A stretch of DNA of 64,000 nt from Candidatus Saccharimonadales bacterium. Lineage in GTDB: Bacteria > Patescibacteriota > Saccharimonadia > Saccharimonadales > JBGSXW01. The position numbers and the translations under genes were made by a program. The notes beneath the pieces were generated by a model, which worked only from the letters and a program-made list of their open reading frames with translations, had not been told where the DNA came from and did not search any database. The stretch lies in the NCBI GenBank assembly GCA_041751215.1, contig JBGSXW010000002.1, positions 67,123 through 131,122 on the forward strand. The letters run 5' to 3'. Position 1 is the first letter of the stretch. Each line of letters starts with the position of its first letter. Below, in pieces: positions 6,463 through 15,916 of the stretch.

Positions 6463-7521
6463 CTATCTTACACCAGCAACGGCGTGCTCAATAGCCCCTG
6501 AGCCGACAGCAAAAATTAACTGAGGATCAACTATGCGTGGTTCAACCTCGACTTGCTGAAGAAGTTCTGGGTCTTGGGTAGCCACTACCCTTCGCTGCCA
6601 GCGGTCGGTTCCGTCAAACTTGGGCAGTCGATCTTCGCTGTATCCCTCGCGCCCATGCAAGACTCGGCGGTTGTCGATTAGCAGTAGGTCTCCAGGTGTT
6701 GGCGGGATAACAACCTCTTGACTCTTCATTACCTCTGCAAGTTCAATCAGAGCCATAATTTCTCTGGCGTCGCATTCGCTGAGATCGAGCGTAGCTGTAT
6801 TTAGTCTAATCCAGGGGTGCTCCGTGTCGCCGTAAAATGGTGCCACAGCCCGCAGGTTATCGTTCGCCGAACCACCTTGGCCAGGATTGGTGCGGTTAAC
6901 CAAGAACGGTCGAGATAAAGTTTCTTGAGCAGCTGGGCTCAAAGTATAGAAGTCGGGCATGGATAGAGTTGTGCCGACATCATCCGGGTTGCGCAAAAAG
7001 TCTAAGGTTAAAAAGTCAGGACTAAATGGATCGTAAGAAGCGTCTTCGGTGTGCTTTTTGAGTGGTCTTAGGCTGGCGCTGATGCCATTAGCGTCGGCAT
7101 ATTCAGGTATGGCAATGACATTATTATGAATGTTGCGAGGTTGCTGGGAGGTGTAGCCATAGCCGTACCACTGGGCTACGCCGAGTAAAATTGCGCGGTG
7201 GCCATCGTGTTTAAGCCAAGGGTTCTGCTCGGGCGAAAGATAGCTTGTTGGTGTTGACCCAATCTCCGCATCGTCCGGTTCGGCAAGTCTGACAATTATT
7301 GCACCCCAGCTTCTGTGGGTAGAAAATTCTTCTAATACTTCATCTAAAACTGGCAAGTCTGGTCGTAGGTCGGCGCCAACTTTGGCGTGTAAATCAAAGG
7401 CTTCGGCTTCTGTTAGGCCGTCAATTTCATCGAAAATATCTTCGACAGCCCCCCTTATTGTTTGTATTTCATCAGTCGGCAACTCAAATCGCCGACCAAC
7501 GCTCCCCTCGCTTTGAGACAT
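6463..7521 (-). CDS. clavaminate-synthase-like / TauD-family Fe(II)/2-oxoglutarate oxygenase
   Basis: 352 aa. KHTEDAS (HxE facial-triad type) and LLIDNRRVLHGREGY motifs. Confidence 0.55.
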   Translation of the reverse strand: MSQSEGSVGRRFELPTDEIQTIRGAVEDIFDEIDGLTEAEAFDLHAKVGADLRPDLPVLDEVLEEFSTHRSWGAIIVRLAEPDDAEIGSTPTSYLSPEQNPWLKHDGHRAILLGVAQWYGYGYTSQQPRNIHNNVIAIPEYADANGISASLRPLKKHTEDASYDPFSPDFLTLDFLRNPDDVGTTLSMPDFYTLSPAAQETLSRPFLVNRTNPGQGGSANDNLRAVAPFYGDTEHPWIRLNTATLDLSECDAREIMALIELAEVMKSQEVVIPPTPGDLLLIDNRRVLHGREGYSEDRLPKFDGTDRWQRRVVATQDPELLQQVEVEPRIVDPQLIFAVGSGAIEHAVAGVR

Positions 7522-7584
7522 GTGGTTTTACCGTTACCACTATGATAGTAACAGCATTAGCGGATTTGGCAAATTCGCTTGTGG

Positions 7585-9045
7585 TTAGGGTTTTAGCAGC
7601 CTTGCAACCAGGCTTTGCGCCTGCTCCTGAGTAGTGATTTCCTTGTTAAAAAAGGCTTGATTTAAGCTGTCCAAAACTTGACCGAGTTGCTCGCCGGGCG
7701 GAACTTTAAACTTTTGCATGACCCACTGTCCGTCTATACCGAGCTCTGATTTAATCGTTGGCTTTGGTTTGCCGCCAAGCTCTTTTAAGTAGCCCTCATA
7801 AAGTGAATCTAGCTCACTAAAGCCTAGATCTTGTTGTGCTCCGTCTTCCCCGTTGTGAGACTGGCTCCAAGCAGCTCTGGCATCAGCTTTGTGTAGTTCT
7901 AGCAAATCCGGAAAGGCCGGATGACTCATATAGTGATGTTGATGTGCTGGAGTCATGTTGGGCAGATCATCGACCGACATATGATAGTGAATAAGCCAGG
8001 TTATGTCGGAAATAACTTTGTTAGAAAACTTGAGTTCTTTCAATCGCTTAGCGGCTAGTTCGGCTCCGATCTGAGCGTGGGAGTCAAAGCGAATCCGATC
8101 GCCTGTTTGTGACGTTGGGCGAGCAGTTACCGGCTTACCGATGTCGTGCATCAAAGTTGCCCAGACTAAGCGCCGAGATGACTGCTCTGGTAGATATGAA
8201 AGTGCTGTAACAGTATGCTCAAATACATCGGCAGAGCCATGATAATCGGCCGGTTGGTCGACATCAGTTCCGGCTGCAACTTCAGGTAGTATCTGGGCTA
8301 GGATGCCATAGCTAGCAAGATCTCTCAGGGCATTTGCACGAGCCGGTGCGGTAAGCATTTGCGTAAGTTCGTCGCTAATTCGATCGGTAGCAATTGTTGT
8401 CACTGCCCCGGTCTTAACGGCCGCTTTTATGCTGGTGTGGGTCTCTGGCTCCAGCTCAAAACCTAACTGATGAACAAAACGTAGTCCACGCAGTAGGCGC
8501 AGAGGGTCCTCCTGTATACGGGCTGCCGGATCGCCAATAAAACGCACTAGCTTATGTTCAAGATCGCGCAGACCGCCTACAAGGTCGATTAAAAAATCTG
8601 CTTCAAGATCAAGAGCCAGGGCATTGATTGTAAAATCGCGGCGCATGACGTCATCTTCTATGTTGGCAAACTCGACCTTTGTTAGTTTGCGGCCCAGGTG
8701 AGCTTCGATGTCGCGACGATAGGTTGCTATCTCTAAATGGCTTGCGACCAGCTCGCCTTGATACTCTACCTCTAAAACAACACGGGTCACTCCAAAAGCC
8801 TGGGCGGTGTCTTTATACTTACTGCCGGAAAATTCTTTGATACTTTGAATCTCTGAGGGCAAAGAGTTTGTTACTAAGTCGAAGTCCTTAGGTAGATGTC
8901 CAAGCAACAGATCACGCACTGCTCCACCAACTAAGTAGGCTTCATAGCCATGCGAGCGCAGAATCTCAGCAGCACGTTCGGCAGCAATAAAATGGGCTTC
9001 CCCGCTTGAGGATTGTTTAATAACCATAATTACATTGTCCATCAA
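7585..9045 (-). CDS. cca: CCA-adding tRNA nucleotidyltransferase with HD domain
   Basis: LVGGAVRDLLLG..DFDL nucleotidyltransferase motif and a C-terminal HDIGK HD domain. Confidence 0.75.
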   Translation of the reverse strand: MMDNVIMVIKQSSSGEAHFIAAERAAEILRSHGYEAYLVGGAVRDLLLGHLPKDFDLVTNSLPSEIQSIKEFSGSKYKDTAQAFGVTRVVLEVEYQGELVASHLEIATYRRDIEAHLGRKLTKVEFANIEDDVMRRDFTINALALDLEADFLIDLVGGLRDLEHKLVRFIGDPAARIQEDPLRLLRGLRFVHQLGFELEPETHTSIKAAVKTGAVTTIATDRISDELTQMLTAPARANALRDLASYGILAQILPEVAAGTDVDQPADYHGSADVFEHTVTALSYLPEQSSRRLVWATLMHDIGKPVTARPTSQTGDRIRFDSHAQIGAELAAKRLKELKFSNKVISDITWLIHYHMSVDDLPNMTPAHQHHYMSHPAFPDLLELHKADARAAWSQSHNGEDGAQQDLGFSELDSLYEGYLKELGGKPKPTIKSELGIDGQWVMQKFKVPPGEQLGQVLDSLNQAFFNKEITTQEQAQSLVARLLKP

Positions 9046-9087
9046 GGCTAGGGTCCTGACAAGCTCGGCAGGTGTTAAAATGTAGTA

Positions 9088-9858
9088 GTGAATAAATCAA
9101 AGAAACTAACCCTGGCTCTGGTACTTATCGTTTCCGTCGTAGCCGGCAGTTTGATGTTCGGTGTATTTGAGGAACCCGCTGCCGCGCCAGTTGCCGAGTA
9201 TAGCCTAGAGAGTATTACGCAAAACAATGACGTGTTGGGCTTAAAACAGCTAAATCCGCGTGAGTTCAAAAGCATTTTTGATTCGCTTGGCTTACCAAAT
9301 CTTACTCCAATCGTGCAGGCGCCTGTGATAACTGGTTTTGCTTCGGATGATCGCTTAATTAGAGAAACAGCAGAGGCTAGAGGTTACAAAATGTGGTCAG
9401 TTCCGTCTCTTGCTTTGGTTGGCGCTCAAAAGACAGAACTACAACCGCTGGCGGCCGCCAGCTGGAAGGCGCTTGAAGCAGCCGCAAAAGAAGACGGAAT
9501 CAACCTTAAAATTAACTATGGATATCGCTCAGTTGACGAGCAGCGACAACTTTTCTTGGCCTCGCTTGCCAGTGTTGGTGGTCGAAATGTGACAGCTATT
9601 AGTAAAGTTCTAGAACAAGTGGCTCCTCCTGGCTATTCTAAGCATCACACCGGATACACCCTTGATCTAGCGGATGCCGATTCACTAGGGTCGACCTTTG
9701 AGTACACTCCAGCTTATCGTTGGCTAGCTAAAGATAACTTTAATAACAGCAAGCGTTTTGGTTTTATTCCAAGCTACCCTAACGGAAAGCTGCTGCAAGG
9801 CCCTGAGCCCGAACCGTGGGAGTTTGTTTGGGTTGGCGAAGCGGTGCTAAGAAACTAG
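9088..9858 (+). CDS. membrane-anchored VanY-like D-alanyl-D-alanine carboxypeptidase (M15)
   Basis: N-terminal TM helix. YRSVDEQRQLF and PGYSKHHTGYTLDL motifs. Confidence 0.7.
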   Translation: MNKSKKLTLALVLIVSVVAGSLMFGVFEEPAAAPVAEYSLESITQNNDVLGLKQLNPREFKSIFDSLGLPNLTPIVQAPVITGFASDDRLIRETAEARGYKMWSVPSLALVGAQKTELQPLAAASWKALEAAAKEDGINLKINYGYRSVDEQRQLFLASLASVGGRNVTAISKVLEQVAPPGYSKHHTGYTLDLADADSLGSTFEYTPAYRWLAKDNFNNSKRFGFIPSYPNGKLLQGPEPEPWEFVWVGEAVLRN

Positions 9859-9909
9859 GACAAAACTTGCATCTTGTAGCCAGAGTAGCCATACTTAACA
9901 GTAATAAAC

Positions 9910-10980
9910 GTGAGCATCATGAAGAACAACAACGTCACAATTAATATCGACAACCGCACGGTAGTGAGGTTGATGATTGTAATAGTGGCGTTCTTTTTAG
10001 GCCTCGAATTTTTATCGGCCGTTCGACCCGCCTTAACTCTGATCTTTATATCGGCCTTTTTAGCAGTTGCTGTTAACCCGCCGGTCACTTATCTTACATC
10101 CCGAATTGCTGGCGGAAGCCGCATGGCTGCTACGGCCATCGCGTACCTAGTCGTGATGAGTTTTATTGGCTTGTTTTTGTACGTATTGGTACCGCCGCTA
10201 ATCAGTCAGTCTAGAACTTTTGTTGATAAGGTGCCCGAATACGTCGACACGATTCAAGAAGAAGACAATTTTGTTTCCGATATCGTTAACCGCTACGATC
10301 TTGGATCGGAGATTGATGAAATCGGTGGCAACCTGCAAGACCGACTGGGCGATGTTAGCGGCCCGGTTTTCTCGAGCATTGGGCGCGTATTAACAGCAAT
10401 TGTATCTATTGTGACCGTTCTTGTACTAACATTTCTAATGTTAACAGAGGGTCCAGGTTGGATTGACAGGTTCTGGCAGTTGCATCCAGCTCATAATCGC
10501 AAGCACCGTCAGCAGCTCGCCAAACGGATGTACCATGTAATAACTGGCTACGTAAACGGCCAACTAGTAATAGCGACTCTTTCGGCAATGTCTTCCCTGG
10601 TGGCCATGCTGATACTGGGAATTCCATTTGCTTTGCCGCTGGCCGGTTTGGTTGGGCTGTTTAGTCTGATACCGCTTGTTGGGGCCACACTTGGTGCTGG
10701 TGTTGTTGTGCTCGTCGGGCTGTTCCAGTCTTTAACAACAGCAATAATACTGGCTGTGTTCTTCTTGGTTTACCAACAGATCGAGAACAACGTCATTCAA
10801 CCAATAATCCAGTCTAAGGCGCTAGATGTCTCACCGCTTTTAGTTTTAGTTGCGGTGATCTTAGGAATTTCAGTCGGCGGTCTTTTAGGGGGCTTTATCG
10901 CAATCCCAGTTGCTGCTTGTGTTCGAATACTGATGCTAGATGCTTACGAGCGTCGCCAAAACTCCAAAGTGCTTAGTTAG
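9910..10980 (+). CDS. AI-2E (PerM/UPF0118) family transporter
   Basis: 356 aa polytopic protein with family-typical GYVNGQL and PLVGATLG segments. GTG at 9910; an alternative ATG is at 9919. Confidence 0.7.
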   Translation: MSIMKNNNVTINIDNRTVVRLMIVIVAFFLGLEFLSAVRPALTLIFISAFLAVAVNPPVTYLTSRIAGGSRMAATAIAYLVVMSFIGLFLYVLVPPLISQSRTFVDKVPEYVDTIQEEDNFVSDIVNRYDLGSEIDEIGGNLQDRLGDVSGPVFSSIGRVLTAIVSIVTVLVLTFLMLTEGPGWIDRFWQLHPAHNRKHRQQLAKRMYHVITGYVNGQLVIATLSAMSSLVAMLILGIPFALPLAGLVGLFSLIPLVGATLGAGVVVLVGLFQSLTTAIILAVFFLVYQQIENNVIQPIIQSKALDVSPLLVLVAVILGISVGGLLGGFIAIPVAACVRILMLDAYERRQNSKVLS

Positions 10981-12392
10981 CTAGATCTCGCCCATACTTG
11001 ACCGTTGTCGGTGTCCCTGACTTCTATGCCGCGGTCTTTAAGTTGCGCTCTTAGCGCATCAGACTTATCCCACTCATTTGATTTTCTGGCGGCTTCTCGC
11101 TGCACGATTAGTTGTTTCTCTTCGCTAGTTATGTCTGGTCGATTACTGATATTAATTCCTAACAACTCGTCTATAAAAGCTAGCGTGCCGTCGGTGTGCG
11201 TGCCTTCTACTCCCGGAACAGGATTCTTAAACATCCAGCTCACAAGTTGATTTAGACTGGCCAGGGCTTCCGGTGTATTGATGTCATTCGCCATGCTGTC
11301 GCTCATTTGTTGTCTGGTTTTCCTAAACAATTCATCAAGTTCATCTGACATAGACTCAGCGCTCGGTTGGTGGCGCAAATCAGACCAATCTCGAATACTG
11401 ACTAGTCTGTTTTGTGCTGCCTCTAAGGCCTCCCAGGTAAAATTAGCCTGACTTCGGTAGTGCGACTGTAACACCATTAGCCTAAAAGCCAGCGGGTCAA
11501 AATACTTAGCTTTAATGTCTTCTAATGTGTAGAAATTATCTAAACTCTTGCTCATTTTTTTGCCGTCAACCATAACATGCTCGTTGTGAAAGAATAATTG
11601 AGCCATGAGCGGATCTTCTTGTCCGGCAGTGCTCTGGGCAATTTCATTTTCGTGGTGAGGAAACTTTAGGTCTACGCCGCCGGTATGAATATCAAACGGC
11701 AAACCCAGGGCTGCCGTGCTCATGGCGGAACACTCGATATGCCAACCCGGCCGTCCAGCTAGTTGCTGGCCGTCAAGTTCAAAGTCCCAGCTTGGTTCGT
11801 CGGGCTTTTTAAGTTTCCACAAAGCAAAGTCGTGCACCGATTCTTTATCGTACTCATCGTTTTGAATCCTTGACTGGCTGGTATTTGAGCTGTCGATCGG
11901 CGTGAGTTGTCCGTAGGTCTTTCCGGAATCAGTATAAGCTTTGATAGAGAAATAAACGCCGTCGTCAGCAATGTAAGCAAAGCCATCGGCGTGAAGTTTT
12001 GCGATTAACTTTTGCATAGATTCGATAGATTCTGTGGCGCGAACAAACTTAATTCCGTCTACGTTGTTGCCAACGCTAATCATGTCGCGCTTAAAGACTT
12101 CTTCGTATTCTTTGGCGAGCTTATCAAGTGCTTCTGTTGGCTCGAGATCAGGATACTTTTCTTTGCTGCGAGCAATCATTTTGTCATCAATATCAGTGAT
12201 GTTCATGACATGCTCAACTTCGTATCCAGCGGACTTAAGCGCACGACAGAGGGTGTCGGCGTAAATAAAGCTGGCAAGGTTACCGATGTGTATATGGTCG
12301 TAAACTGTTGGTCCGCAACTATAAATTCGCACCTTGTTATCAAGTGGTGTGAATTCTGAAACTGATTTTGAAAGGGTGTTATATAGACGCAT
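10977..12392 (-). CDS. cysS: cysteinyl-tRNA synthetase
   Basis: MRLYNTLS..CGPTVYDHIHIGN (HIGH) and KMSKS motifs. Confidence 0.9.
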   Translation of the reverse strand: MRLYNTLSKSVSEFTPLDNKVRIYSCGPTVYDHIHIGNLASFIYADTLCRALKSAGYEVEHVMNITDIDDKMIARSKEKYPDLEPTEALDKLAKEYEEVFKRDMISVGNNVDGIKFVRATESIESMQKLIAKLHADGFAYIADDGVYFSIKAYTDSGKTYGQLTPIDSSNTSQSRIQNDEYDKESVHDFALWKLKKPDEPSWDFELDGQQLAGRPGWHIECSAMSTAALGLPFDIHTGGVDLKFPHHENEIAQSTAGQEDPLMAQLFFHNEHVMVDGKKMSKSLDNFYTLEDIKAKYFDPLAFRLMVLQSHYRSQANFTWEALEAAQNRLVSIRDWSDLRHQPSAESMSDELDELFRKTRQQMSDSMANDINTPEALASLNQLVSWMFKNPVPGVEGTHTDGTLAFIDELLGINISNRPDITSEEKQLIVQREAARKSNEWDKSDALRAQLKDRGIEVRDTDNGQVWARSS

Positions 12393-13389
12393 GCTGTTCG
12401 TTGCTTTTCAGAAGTTCTTTTACTTTATTATGACACTCCAACTTTACACTATCGAGATCTTTGCCCTTTACCTTAAAGCCAGCTGCGTATGGGTGACCGC
12501 CACCCCCAAACGATTCGGCTAGGTCTTTGGCAATTCCAAAACCATGATTGGCCCGGATTTTAGCAGTTATTCTGCCGTCAGGATAAGACTTAAAAGCAGC
12601 CGCAATCTTTACGCCTTCGGTCATTCGCATGTCTTCGAGGACTAGCATCGACGGATTGTATTGCTCGCTATACTTTTCGATCTCTTCCCAGGGGATGTCG
12701 ATGGTTGCCAGGCCGTCATCGTTAAAGTCGATGCGACTAAGTAGCTGGCCCTTGTACTTTGTTAGCTCGGCCGATCGTCGCATCAGTGCCCGGCGCTGCT
12801 CATCTAGAGACGTTAAACTAACGCCCATGTCCACTAGTTCGGCGACGATATGAATCGTTCTTGAAGTGGTGGCTTCAGTAACCAAACCAAGCGAGTCGTA
12901 CATGATCGAACTTGCTAGAAGTGATGCAGCCTCAACACTGATCGGCCAATCTAAAGACCTAGCGATTTCGTATATGGCCTCTCCGGTTGCAACGGCGCTG
13001 TCGTAAAGCAAAGGCAGGTTATCAAAACTTAGAGTGCTCTTAGTGGCGTGGTGATCGATAACAACTACTGGAACTTTCGTTAATATCGGCCGCGCCCCGG
13101 CGCCCATGGCCTTTTCGAGTAAAGATTCACTTGAAGTATCAACAATAATTACTAAATCTGGCTTGGCCGGTAAGGTGTTTGTCACTCTGTCCCAGCCCGG
13201 TAAATGTCGTAAGTGGCGAGGCATCTCGCTGGCGCAGTACATTGTCACCTTCTTGTCCTGCTCTTCGATTAGGTGCTCAAGTGCTAGCGAGCTCGCCAGG
13301 CTGTCGCCGTCTGGGTTTTCTGCCTGAATTACCAACACGTGCGAGCTGGATTTAAGCCAAGCCCCTAGCTGTTTAAGCGAGTCTTCCAT
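12379..13389 (-). CDS. DHH-family phosphoesterase (NrnA-like)
   Basis: DGDSLAS, VIIVDT, IDHH and GGGH motifs. Confidence 0.7.
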   Translation of the reverse strand: MEDSLKQLGAWLKSSSHVLVIQAENPDGDSLASSLALEHLIEEQDKKVTMYCASEMPRHLRHLPGWDRVTNTLPAKPDLVIIVDTSSESLLEKAMGAGARPILTKVPVVVIDHHATKSTLSFDNLPLLYDSAVATGEAIYEIARSLDWPISVEAASLLASSIMYDSLGLVTEATTSRTIHIVAELVDMGVSLTSLDEQRRALMRRSAELTKYKGQLLSRIDFNDDGLATIDIPWEEIEKYSEQYNPSMLVLEDMRMTEGVKIAAAFKSYPDGRITAKIRANHGFGIAKDLAESFGGGGHPYAAGFKVKGKDLDSVKLECHNKVKELLKSNEQHASI

Positions 13390-13997
13390 TAAAATACCTG
13401 GCGCCCTTCCAGGGCCCTAACTAGTGTGGTTTGGTCAGCGTACTCAAGTTCAAGATTAGCTGGCAGGCCGCGAGCCAGACGGGTAATTTTAAGCTTGCTA
13501 TCGCCAATCTTTTTTCGTAAGTAGTGAGCAGTAGTTTCACCCTCGACGCTAGAGTCGATGGCCAGAATAAGCTCGCTTACTTTGTCGTCTTTAATTCGCT
13601 TTACTAGTTCGTTAATTCTAAGATGCTCGGGGTTGATGCCATCGATCGGTGAGATCAAGCCGCCCAAGACATGATAGGTGCCTTTGTACTGACCGGTTTT
13701 TTCTAAAGCCACAACGTCTAGCGCATCTTCAACGACTGCAATCTGCGACTTATCACGTGAGCTGTCACTGTAGAGCTTGGAAATTTTTTCACCAGGCTCA
13801 ACAAAGAAAAACGTTTTTTCGCAGTAACTAACTCCTTCGTGAAGATCGTCCAGAGCCTTTGCCAGTTGCTTGCTGGAGTTATCTGGAGACTGCAGCAAAT
13901 GAGTCGCGTATCGTTCTGCCGTCCGAGGGCCAACGCCTGGCAAAACTCCGAGCTCCTCTATCAACTGAACTAAAGCCTTGGGCAGAATTGACGACAT
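13389..13997 (-). CDS. recR: recombination protein RecR (Cys4 zinc finger degenerate)
   Basis: LPGVGPRTAERYATHLL HhH motif and a Toprim region. Only one Cys where the C4 finger normally sits. Confidence 0.8.
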   Translation of the reverse strand: MSSILPKALVQLIEELGVLPGVGPRTAERYATHLLQSPDNSSKQLAKALDDLHEGVSYCEKTFFFVEPGEKISKLYSDSSRDKSQIAVVEDALDVVALEKTGQYKGTYHVLGGLISPIDGINPEHLRINELVKRIKDDKVSELILAIDSSVEGETTAHYLRKKIGDSKLKITRLARGLPANLELEYADQTTLVRALEGRQVF

Positions 13998-14012
13998 ATT
14001 AGTAGCTTGCTG

Positions 14013-14300
14013 CTAGAGTCCTAGGTTCCCGAGCTGCCCCATTACTGGTTTCATTTTTTCAGCTGCAACTTGCTGGCTTCGAACAATTGCATCTTTGACT
14101 GCAGTTTCAACCCAGTCTTCTAGCTCAGAAATGTTATCAAGATCGACTTTGTCTGGATCGATTTCGACCTTCTTGATTTTTTGCTCGCCGTTGATGCGAA
14201 CCACAACCGCGCCATCCCCGGCCTCGACTTCAATGTGCTCGTTGGCGAGTTCCTTTTGCAGTTTTTTCATTTTCATAACTAATTTGGCTTGGTTTAACAT
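14013..14300 (-). CDS. ybaB: YbaB/EbfC nucleoid-associated protein
   Basis: 95 aa. KMKKLQKELANEHIEVEAGDGAVVVRINGEQKI; lies in the dnaX..recR neighbourhood. Confidence 0.8.
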   Translation of the reverse strand: MLNQAKLVMKMKKLQKELANEHIEVEAGDGAVVVRINGEQKIKKVEIDPDKVDLDNISELEDWVETAVKDAIVRSQQVAAEKMKPVMGQLGNLGL

Positions 14301-14363
14301 TTAATAACCCCTTTTCTCTAGTGTTTTAAGAATCTATTCGAGTAGTCTTATTGTAGCAACTGC

Positions 14364-15866
14364 TTAAGGTGTAACCAAGTCGAAGCGGTAATATGACACC
14401 GGTCGCTTTTGGCTGCTGGTGGTAACTCTTTGCGGCGCAACGCCGAGGCTAAGCGCTAATTCAGATATTGTCAAAGATCCTGACTCCACAAAAACAACGT
14501 CTATTCCGTCTACGCCTTCCACCTCAGAAAACTCCGATGGTTCTTTTATGGTCACGTAAACATTGCTTGGGAGATTGCTCAGCGCAAACTCAACTCGGTC
14601 TTTATCCTTAGTAACAACTAAGATAGCTCGCTCGGCTTCCGGAAATGTCGCGACCGAGTCCTTGAGAGACTGCGCGTTTTCTGAAAAGACCTCCTTGGTT
14701 TCAGGCGCCCGCGCCCAGGCTACGAAATAGCGATGTGAGTGATAGTAAGCTGTTACCAATAGGACCGCTCCTAGCGGAAGAATCGCTACCGTCCGAGCAA
14801 TCGGATTCTTGGGGAATATTGCGTACCACTGCGTCAGCATAGTAATCACCCCGGTGGCGGCAAATATATAAACAAATGGAAGCAAGGCGATGAGCAGCAT
14901 GGGACTGCCACTCAGGCCGGTGCCAAGCAGTACGGCAAAAAATCCGATCATAAGTAACCGCGTTCGATGATGGTCATAATGTCGCTCGTAGTGATAAAGC
15001 CCAAGTGCGGTCATTGAGGCGGTAAAAATATCCAGCAAGGCTAGCGTGCCTAGGTGAAGTGCTGGAAATTCTTCCGATCTCCAAAATACGGCCCCAAAAG
15101 CACTTAGTGCGTTCAGCATTACATCGGCTAGAGACGGGATATATCCAGGAAGTCCTAGAATCTCTCGGGCAACACCGGTGTCATTAAATATTGCCCAGGC
15201 AACGGGTGCTAAAACAAGCAGCGAGATTAGCCCGGCTGCAGCTAGTTGATAGTTAGACAAGGCCTTAATGTGTCGCCAGATTAGTTTGTAGTGAGCTAAA
15301 ACTGCTACCCCCAAGAAGTAAATGACAAGAGGTGTATAGAGCGAAAGCGCCACCACGGCTCCCAGCAGAAGCAAGCTCTTTATGCTTTTGTTGTCTGCGT
15401 GATGAAACCATGCCGACACCAGCAGTACTGCCACAATCATGGTGGCAACAACAATTGCAGGCGTACCGAACCTAGCAAAGTTCAAGAACCAGCTCGAAGC
15501 AGCTACAAACAAAGTTCCGATGATCGCTATTCTTGGCTGGTGCCAGATATGAAACAGCTTAAACATACCAACGAGTAGCAAAATACCGAATATTACGCTT
15601 GGCAAGCGCACTGCCCAAGCTGTTGGGCCAAGGAGTGTGATGCTCAGGTATTGTAGAAGCTGGTAAGGAAAGTTAACTGGATTGCTAAGTATTCCGCCTA
15701 AATCCTGGCTTTGCAGAGCAGATCTAGCCTCCAAAGCATTTAGTCCGGGCGTAAGGTCGCCGAGCTTAACTAGCAATAGCAGCAAAGGCACCACGAGTAG
15801 CAAAGCATAGCTAATCTGGTAGCGATACTTATATATAGACAACTGCTCAACGAGCGTAGATTTCAT
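14364..15866 (-). CDS. polytopic membrane protein, ArnT/PMT-like GT-C glycosyltransferase (putative)
   Basis: 500 aa with about 12 hydrophobic helices followed by a soluble C-terminal domain. Family call is from overall architecture only. Confidence 0.4.
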   Translation of the reverse strand: MKSTLVEQLSIYKYRYQISYALLLVVPLLLLLVKLGDLTPGLNALEARSALQSQDLGGILSNPVNFPYQLLQYLSITLLGPTAWAVRLPSVIFGILLLVGMFKLFHIWHQPRIAIIGTLFVAASSWFLNFARFGTPAIVVATMIVAVLLVSAWFHHADNKSIKSLLLLGAVVALSLYTPLVIYFLGVAVLAHYKLIWRHIKALSNYQLAAAGLISLLVLAPVAWAIFNDTGVAREILGLPGYIPSLADVMLNALSAFGAVFWRSEEFPALHLGTLALLDIFTASMTALGLYHYERHYDHHRTRLLMIGFFAVLLGTGLSGSPMLLIALLPFVYIFAATGVITMLTQWYAIFPKNPIARTVAILPLGAVLLVTAYYHSHRYFVAWARAPETKEVFSENAQSLKDSVATFPEAERAILVVTKDKDRVEFALSNLPSNVYVTIKEPSEFSEVEGVDGIDVVFVESGSLTISELALSLGVAPQRVTTSSQKRPVSYYRFDLVTP

Positions 15867-15916
15867 AGCTAAAGTTTGTTTACACCAATTCGTTTATGCT
15901 TATGACTTTAATTGTA

